From contig CAVROO010000014.1 in NCBI GenBank assembly GCA_963722765.1, positions 450,976 to 514,975 on the forward strand: DNA of 64,000 nucleotides, read 5' to 3'. Positions 58,610 to 64,000 of the stretch are shown piece by piece; within the stretch, counting starts at the first letter, position 1, and the number at the start of each line of letters is the position of its first letter. This DNA comes from an uncultured Acidobacteriota bacterium. Its GTDB lineage: Bacteria; Acidobacteriota; Vicinamibacteria; Marinacidobacterales; DATDRI01. Made by a program: the position numbers and the translations under genes. A model generated the notes under the pieces. That model did no database searches and was not told the origin of the DNA. It worked only from the letters and a program-made list of their open reading frames with translations.

Positions 58610-59107
58610 TCATTTTGAGCCTCCGCGTTTTCGGACGTAAGTCCCGCTTTTGCCTCCGGACTTTCGAATGAGACGGATATCACTAACGACCATGGACCGA
58701 TCGGCCGCTTTGATCATGTCGTAAAGCGTGAGAGCGGCGACGGAGACCGCCGTCAGTGCTTCCATCTCCACCCCGGTTTTGCCCGTGGAAACCGCGCGTG
58801 CTTCGATCTCGAAACCCGTCCCTACGTCCACGATTGCGATATCGACATGGTCCAGGGGCAAGGGATGACACAGTGGGATGAGCTCCGATGTTTTCTTAGC
58901 GGCCATGATCCCCGCCAGTCGTGCCGTCTCAACAACGTTGCCCTTGGCGATTTGACCCGCTCGAACCGTCGCCATCGCGTCCGGCGCAACATGAATCTTA
59001 CCCGCGGCAATGGCCTGTCTCTTTGTGGACGCTTTCCGGCTCACGTCCACCATGCGGGTACGCCCGGTGGACGAAACGTGCGTCAGCTTTGACGTTCGGC
59101 GTGCCAC
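58610..59107 (-). CDS. moaC: cyclic pyranopterin monophosphate synthase MoaC
   Basis: 'THVSSTGRTRMVDVS', 'ELIPLCHPLPL' and 'KTGVEMEALTAVSVAALTLYDM' are MoaC hallmarks. Confidence 0.9.
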   Translation of the reverse strand: MARRTSKLTHVSSTGRTRMVDVSRKASTKRQAIAAGKIHVAPDAMATVRAGQIAKGNVVETARLAGIMAAKKTSELIPLCHPLPLDHVDIAIVDVGTGFEIEARAVSTGKTGVEMEALTAVSVAALTLYDMIKAADRSMVVSDIRLIRKSGGKSGTYVRKRGGSK

Positions 59108-60336
59108 AAGTCCTCTTTGAACAAAAAGCTATCCAACGGGTAGACCCGAGTGATTTGTCCGGCCTCGAGGAGCTCTTTGTCTTCGGGCAGGACGAGTAGT
59201 GCGTTGGCTTTGGAGAAGGCCACCATATCGCCGGAGCCGCGAGTGGTGATGGGATGGGCCGCGGGCAAATCCCCCGTCTTTGTTATCCGGCTCGAGCCAG
59301 CCGGGTAGGTAAGCGCGGCGTGGGCCTCGGCTTGCCAAAGGCCCTTTGAGTACGGCGCGGAGATACGGCCGCCAAGGCCGGTCCGAGCCCGCCATTTTTG
59401 CCAAGCGCCGGTCGAACAAAAAGCTCGAAAGTCACCATCGTCGAGACGGGATTTCCCGGTAGTCCGAATACCGGGGTTCCGTTGGGTGCGATGCCGAACA
59501 CGGTGGGTTTTCCCGGCTTCAAGGCGATCTTGTCGAACAGAATCTTGATGTTGAACGCGGCCAAGACCTCCTTCACGAGGTCGAATAGTCCCATGGAGAC
59601 TCCGCCGGAGAGTATCAGCAAGTCATGGCTGAGACCTTTTTCGATGAGCTCGGTAAGCGACGTTTTATCGTCGGTTGCCACCCCGAGGTCGGTTACGGGC
59701 GCCCCGAGGGCGCGGGCCTGGGCGGCGAGAGAAAAGGTGTTGCTGTTACGTATTTGTCCCGGCTGCGGCTGCTCCGACGGAGAGACGAGCTCGTTTCCGG
59801 TTGCGATGATCGCCACCCGTGGACGAGCGCCCACGCGCAATCGGGTCTTACCGACGGTCGCCGCCACGGCTACCGCAGCTGTATCCAGTGTGGTGCCTTT
59901 CTTGAGCACGCGCTCTCCGCGCCGCACTTCGGCTCCACGAGGGACGATGTTCTCGCCTGCAGGAACCGGCTCCAGGATCTCGACCATTTCATCATGGCTT
60001 TTTGTGCTTTCCACTTTTTGGACCGCGTCCGCGCCGTCAGGAACCGGGGCGCCGGTCATGATCCGCGCGGTTTGCCCGGGTCCGATGCCAAAAGATGGAA
60101 ACGTACCGGCTGGAATAACGCCCGCGATTTGAAGGCGTGTCGTGGGCGTTTTCAAGTCTTCGGACCGCAGAGCGAACCCGTCCATAACGGAGCGTGGAAA
60201 TGGAGGGATATCGATATCCGAGGGGACATCTTCAGCCAAGACTCTACCCTGAGCCTCTCGGAAGTCGACACTCCTCCGTTGGCAAGCGCGGGACGTGCGC
60301 GAGGACGGTATCGAGTGCTTCGTCTACGGGAATCAA
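59083..60336 (-). CDS. moeA: molybdopterin molybdotransferase MoeA; 3 frame disruptions
   Basis: TTG 60336 LIPVDEALDTVLAHVPRLPTEE / VDFREAQGRVLAEDVPSDIDIPPFPRSVMDGFA ... ILSGGVSMG ... KPGKPTVFG / AKMAGSDRPWRPYLRAVL / DLPAAHPITTRGSGDMVAFSKANALLVLPE. Shifts lie at about 60268-60275, 59395-59399 (T5) and 59271-59275 (C5). Confidence 0.8.
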
Positions 60337-60410
60337 TTTATCACCTGAAGATCTTGATCGTATACCGAAGATAACAATAATCGCAACGGGGAGAAGGACT
60401 TGGCGCGGAA

Positions 60411-60478
60411 AGAGACAGAATCAGAACTCAGGAGACAGCAGGAACTCGGAGTGCGGGAGGCGCCATCAGGCGGATCTG
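60411..60478 (-). repeat. intergenic element R7 (mixed GAGTTC/TTCTG arm then short core on + strand)
   Basis: agagacagaatcagaactcaggagacagcaggaactcggag, then tgcgggaggcgccatcaggcggatctg. The reverse complement begins CAGATCCGCCTGATGGCGCC. Confidence 0.5.
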
Positions 60479-60509
60479 TTCGTAGGCCAGGCTGTGCATG
60501 GCAAATTGC

Positions 60510-61555
60510 CTACCTGTCGTCCATCAGGCGGGAGAGTTTTTCTTCCAGCTCTTTGACTTTCTTGCGTAGACGGCCAATGGATCGGATCTCCGCCTGTGCT
60601 CGCAGAACATCCCGGTGGGGGCGGGCCGGGTAGCCCGATACCTTGGCGCGAGGCGGAATGTTACCGATAACGCCGGATTGGGCGATGCAGATTGCTTCGT
60701 CACCGATCTGCAGATGATCGACGAGGCCTACCTGGCCGCCCATCATGACGCGTTTGCCGATAACCGTACTTCCCGAGATCCCGGTCTGGGCCGCCATGAC
60801 CGAGTCCTCACCGACCTGGACGTTGTGCGCGATGTGAACCATGTTGTCCAGTTTCACGCCTCGGCGGATGAGGGTGTGACCGATGGTTCCTCGGTCCACC
60901 GTGGCATTGGCGCCGATCTCCACGTCGTCCTCGATGACCACGATTCCGACGTGACGAAGCTTGATGAACTTGCCGTCGCGACGCGCATAGCCGAATCCGT
61001 CTGCGCCTATGACGGCGCCTGGGTGAATGATCACGCGCGACCCGAGTCGGGATCCCTGACGGATCACGACATTGGGCCAAATGAGACAGTCATCGCCCAG
61101 TTGAACGTCGGATTCGATCTTGACTCCCGGATGGATGGTGGTGCGCTCTCCAATCGATGAGTTTGCCCCGATGTAGGCAAAGGGCATGACTCGAGACGCT
61201 TTGCCGATGCGGGCCGACTCCGCGACAAAAGCCAGAGAGTGGACACCTTCTTCATGGGGAGGGTCATCGGGAGGGTAAAAGAGCCCCATGAGCTCGGCGG
61301 CAGCGAGAAAAGGATCGGGCACGAGGATCTGAGGTACTTCGAGCTCCTGCTGATGTGATGGCGGTAAGGAGCGCGCCGGCGCGAGTTTTGGCTAGCGCGG
61401 CCGCGTAGGCAGGTCCCGGAATAAAAACTGATGTCTTTCGGTCCGGCGTCCACGAGAGACGACAGACCGCTTATCTCGACATCGTTCTCGCCGACCAGCT
61501 CACCCTTCAGACGGGCGGCCAGTTCATCGAGCTTGAATGCGCGCTTGGCCTCCAA
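60510..61555 (-). CDS. lpxD: UDP-3-O-acylglucosamine N-acyltransferase LpxD; 2 frame disruptions
   Basis: N-terminal '[38 protein letters not shown]', then (other frames) '[21 protein letters not shown]' and the left-handed beta-helix hexapeptide region '[38 protein letters not shown]...'. Shifts lie at 61423-61427 (A5) and about 61355-61370. Confidence 0.8.
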
Positions 61556-61639
61556 AACCTTCTCGTCTCTTCTTCTCTACGTGGCGGGAATTCTATGGAA
61601 GGTGGATCGGGAAGTCAATCATGGTGTATAGAGATTCGA

Positions 61640-61716
61640 AGTCAGTCAGCCGGAGATCAGATAGTCAGTCAGGGAATAGTGAGAACGGCTCTCGCCGTTC
61701 GTCTTCTGGATTTGAG
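61640..61716 (-). repeat. intergenic element R8 (GTCAG-word arm then core on + strand)
   Basis: agtcagtcagccggagatcagatagtcagtcaggg, then aatagtgagaacggctctcgccgttcgtcttctggatttgag. The reverse complement begins CTCAAATCCAGAAGACGAACGGCGAGAGCCGTTC. Confidence 0.55.
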
Positions 61717-61736
61717 TCTGCCAGGCACAGCCTGGC

Positions 61737-62770
61737 CTACTGTATATTCGCAAGTTCCCGGCGGGCGAGATCAGCGTTGATGTCTTCCGGCGTCAGCTCG
61801 AGGAAGGTCTCCAGGTAAAGCTTCGATTCGTCGGCCTCACAGGCTACCTTGCGGGCACAGAGCATCCCCAGCATGAGATACACGGGAGCGTAGTCGGGTC
61901 GTTGACGAACGACCTCCTGAAGGACACGGGCTGCGTCTTCGTTTCGTGCCTCGATGAGATAGCACGACCGCCTGGGCCCAAAGATGCTTCGGATTCTCCG
62001 AGAAGGTCGTAGGCTCTGTCTGAAAGCACGGGCCGCTCCTTGGAAGTCGAGCTCCCGTTTTCTTTTCTCTGCATCGGCAAGAAGCTCTCCTGCGACTTTC
62101 ATCTTCCAGAATCTCGAGTCGCTTTCGATACATTTTGGCGGTGTCGGACTCGTCCAATTTTTGGTGGATGTCTACGAGAGCCCGCAGGGCGCGGAATGTT
62201 CTCGTCTTCTTCGGCGAGTACTCTTTCGAAATACGGAACGGCTTCGGCGAAACGACCCTGACCGTAGAGTGCACGCGCGTAGTTGTGAACGAGATCCACA
62301 CCGTCATCGAATCGCATGGCGTGACGCGTGGTCTCGACGGCCAATCCGTACATGCCTTTTTCCACATAGAGCCAAGATAGATGGCGAAGCGTGTCAACGT
62401 CGTTGGGTGCGATCCGACGGGCCGTTTCGAACACTTCGAGCGCTTCGATGTCCCGTCCTTCGCGAAGGAGCAAAGGGCCGAGAACCGAAAGCGTCCGTAG
62501 CGACGGCGGGAAGCTTTCGAGGTAGTCAAAAAGCTCTCGGGTGACCAGGGGGACGAGGTGAGAAGGGTATTCCTCCGGTTTCATGAACGGATCGAAATGC
62601 TCGAACACCGGGATGTCTGCCGACGAGTCCTGATCCGGACTCGCGTAGAGGAGGCTAGAATCATCCAGATAAATCAACTGCGCAACGGACGCGCTCGGCG
62701 TATTCGCGCCCAGGTTTTCTTCCGCGAAATCCCAACTCACCAGTGCAAAATTCGTTTCTGCACTGAACAT
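61737..62770 (-). CDS. tetratricopeptide-repeat protein; several frame disruptions
   Basis: TPR-like helices (ALEVFETARRIAPNDVDTLRHLSWLYVEKGMYGLAVE; YARALYGQGRFAEAVPYFERVL; LRALVDIHQKLDESDTAKMYRKRLEIL; AARVLQEVVRQRPDYAPVYLMLGML) are spread over three frames, with shifts at about 62195, about 62100 and probably about 61990-62040. Confidence 0.6.
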
Positions 62771-64000
62771 TTTCTCGAGCAGGTTATCGGCTTCGTTTCG
62801 TCAAAGCGTGCCAAAGAACCGGGGCTTAGGTCGGAGAATGGCACCAAGTTGGTGTTCCATCTTATTAGACCTCCCACCGCCGGTGTGTTGAAGAGCGTTC
62901 TGGATGGCTCTTGGCTCGCGAGCACATCCACGGAAGACCTGTAGGGGTGATCGGGCCGTTTCCCGAGCGCGCCGGGTGATACCAGAGCCGCGATGGCGGC
63001 GACCAAAACCACAGGACGAGTTAGGAAGGACGGCAGCTTCCGGTACGAAAGAAGATGGCTCGAGAGACATTCGGCTCGAGCGAACGCGCCCCCGGATAGA
63101 CCGCGGCGGCGGCGAAAAAAACGATGAAATGACTGGAGACAACGGTTAGCAGCAATGAAAGCATCAACGTTGATTTCTCGGTCCAACCGTGAGATGTCGG
63201 ACGGCTCGCGAGAATGCCTATAACCAACGCGAAAACAAAAAATGCCGGGTGGTGGGGTAAGGACAAGGAAGACCATTGAGGTATTCCGGTCTCGCTCATG
63301 AGGAGGCCGTAGGAGATGAGATTCTGGAAATTGGCTTTCCCGCCCGGAATGACGAGCAAAACGAGGACAATGGATACGGCCAGAGCCCCGATGAGATAGA
63401 CGATCCGAGGCATCTTCTTCGTGCTGTCGTCGGCGACGCGGCGCCGGGATTCGATGAGACCACCGACTATCGCGAGACCAACGAGTACGAAACCCAGGGT
63501 TGCTTCGCGATTCAGAGTGGGCCACCCGACGAGGAGAGGTGGAATGAGCAAAGCCCACCTGGCAGAGCCTCGTTCGAAGGCCACCAGAACGCAAAGCGTT
63601 CCCGCGATGAGAGGCCAGGAAAAAAGCCAGGTCGAAATATCCCACGAGCCTCGAGCAATGGCGGCTGCTAGGACCGCAAGCAACCACCCCGCTCCTCCGG
63701 GAGACATCAGATAGACAAGAATCGCTCCTCCTGCGCCCAAAACTGCGGCAAACATACGAAGGCCTGTATCGCCTCCCCATTGGCTGGACAAGTAGAGGAG
63801 CCGGCTTCCCAGCCACGCTGTGGGAGGGCTTTTCTTATTGGCTCCGCTGGGAGACAGACCGGCCGAAGGGGAAGCGAGGTCGCCGGTAGAGGCGATACTC
63901 CGACCGTGGGCGAGATCGAGACAACCGAGATCGGTCAAGGGGATACTGGAACCAAGCCAACCGCCCAGCAAAAACACGGCAACCAAGTAGAGGGGGCGTT
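62737..64000 (-). CDS. polytopic membrane protein (possibly O-antigen-ligase/glycosyltransferase-like), 5'-partial at window edge; at least 1 frame disruption
   Basis: Many TM helices (LLAVLAAAIARGSWDISTWLFSWPLIAGTLCVLVAF; ALLIPPLLVGWPTL; IVYLIGALAVSIVLVLLVIPG). The frame is open to position 64000. A second frame carries 'LPSFLTRPVVLVAAIAALVSPG', with the shift at about 63035. It may be fused to the downstream TPR gene. Confidence 0.45.

Noticed and set aside
36320-61674. The periodic word arms (GAGTTCTT..., TTCTGTA..., CCCGAGC..., GTCAG...) as miniature CRISPR arrays or tandem-repeat loci.
   Set aside because: The units are only 6-8 nt, directly adjacent with no spacers, and total only 20-40 nt. 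No cas genes are present. They fit better as arms of the intergenic stem-loop elements.
62737-63986. Two long overlapping minus-strand ORFs (63021..63986 and 62737..63816) as genuinely overlapping genes.
   Set aside because: Only one frame at a time shows TM-helix-like sequence, and the other is Arg/Ser/Pro-rich. The switch at about 63035 fits the indel pattern seen throughout 59-63 kb.
1-64000. A search for a classical defence, prophage or integrative island (integrase, transposase, RT, restriction-modification, toxin-antitoxin, Cas, tRNA attachment site).
   Set aside because: I could not recognise any such gene or a tRNA in the translations or intergenic regions. The only mobile DNA I can support is the non-autonomous MITE family.

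Overview
A 64 kb GC-rich chromosomal segment that appears to come from a diderm bacterium. The gene content looks like an Acidobacteriota-type metagenome bin, but that taxonomy is inference only. I support about 50 protein genes:
- Aromatic amino-acid genes: DAHP synthase and prephenate dehydrogenase/chorismate mutase.
- Two RND efflux operons. The second sits behind a GntR regulator and an ECF sigma factor and has its own TolC.
- A Na/Pi cotransporter with a PhoU-domain gene.
- Many secreted hydrolases: C45-like, M23, two large M14, M28, an S45 penicillin acylase, an amidohydrolase and a phosphodiester glycosidase.
- moaC, moeA, lpxD, tatA, a class V aminotransferase and a tandem-domain ThyX-like gene with a methyltransferase.

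I recognised no rRNA, tRNA, CRISPR array, transposase, integrase, reverse transcriptase or known defence gene.

Observations worth a second look:
1. A glutaredoxin-like ORF missed by the ORF track has an in-frame TGA at the catalytic Cys position. A second in-frame TGA, followed by a neat hairpin, lies in a CRTAC1/FG-GAP-thioredoxin fusion. Both are possible selenocysteine sites.
2. A roughly 308 bp MITE has 4 bp YTAR target duplications, with 3 copies, 1 fragment and 1 solo core hairpin.
3. A family of at least 8 intergenic elements combines a conserved GACGGCG...GCCGTC stem-loop core with copy-specific arms made of repeated 6-8 nt words.
4. A tandemly duplicated cassette pairs a beta-barrel porin with a half-size PstS-like binding protein. 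It contains a 230 bp 100% identical tract and one internally deleted copy.
5. A LysW-like carrier gene overlaps a LarE-like PP-loop ATPase gene.
6. About 20 frame disruptions cluster in housekeeping genes, often at homopolymers. These look more like assembly indels than true pseudogenes.

All family calls rest on motifs read by eye from the translations. No searches were run.
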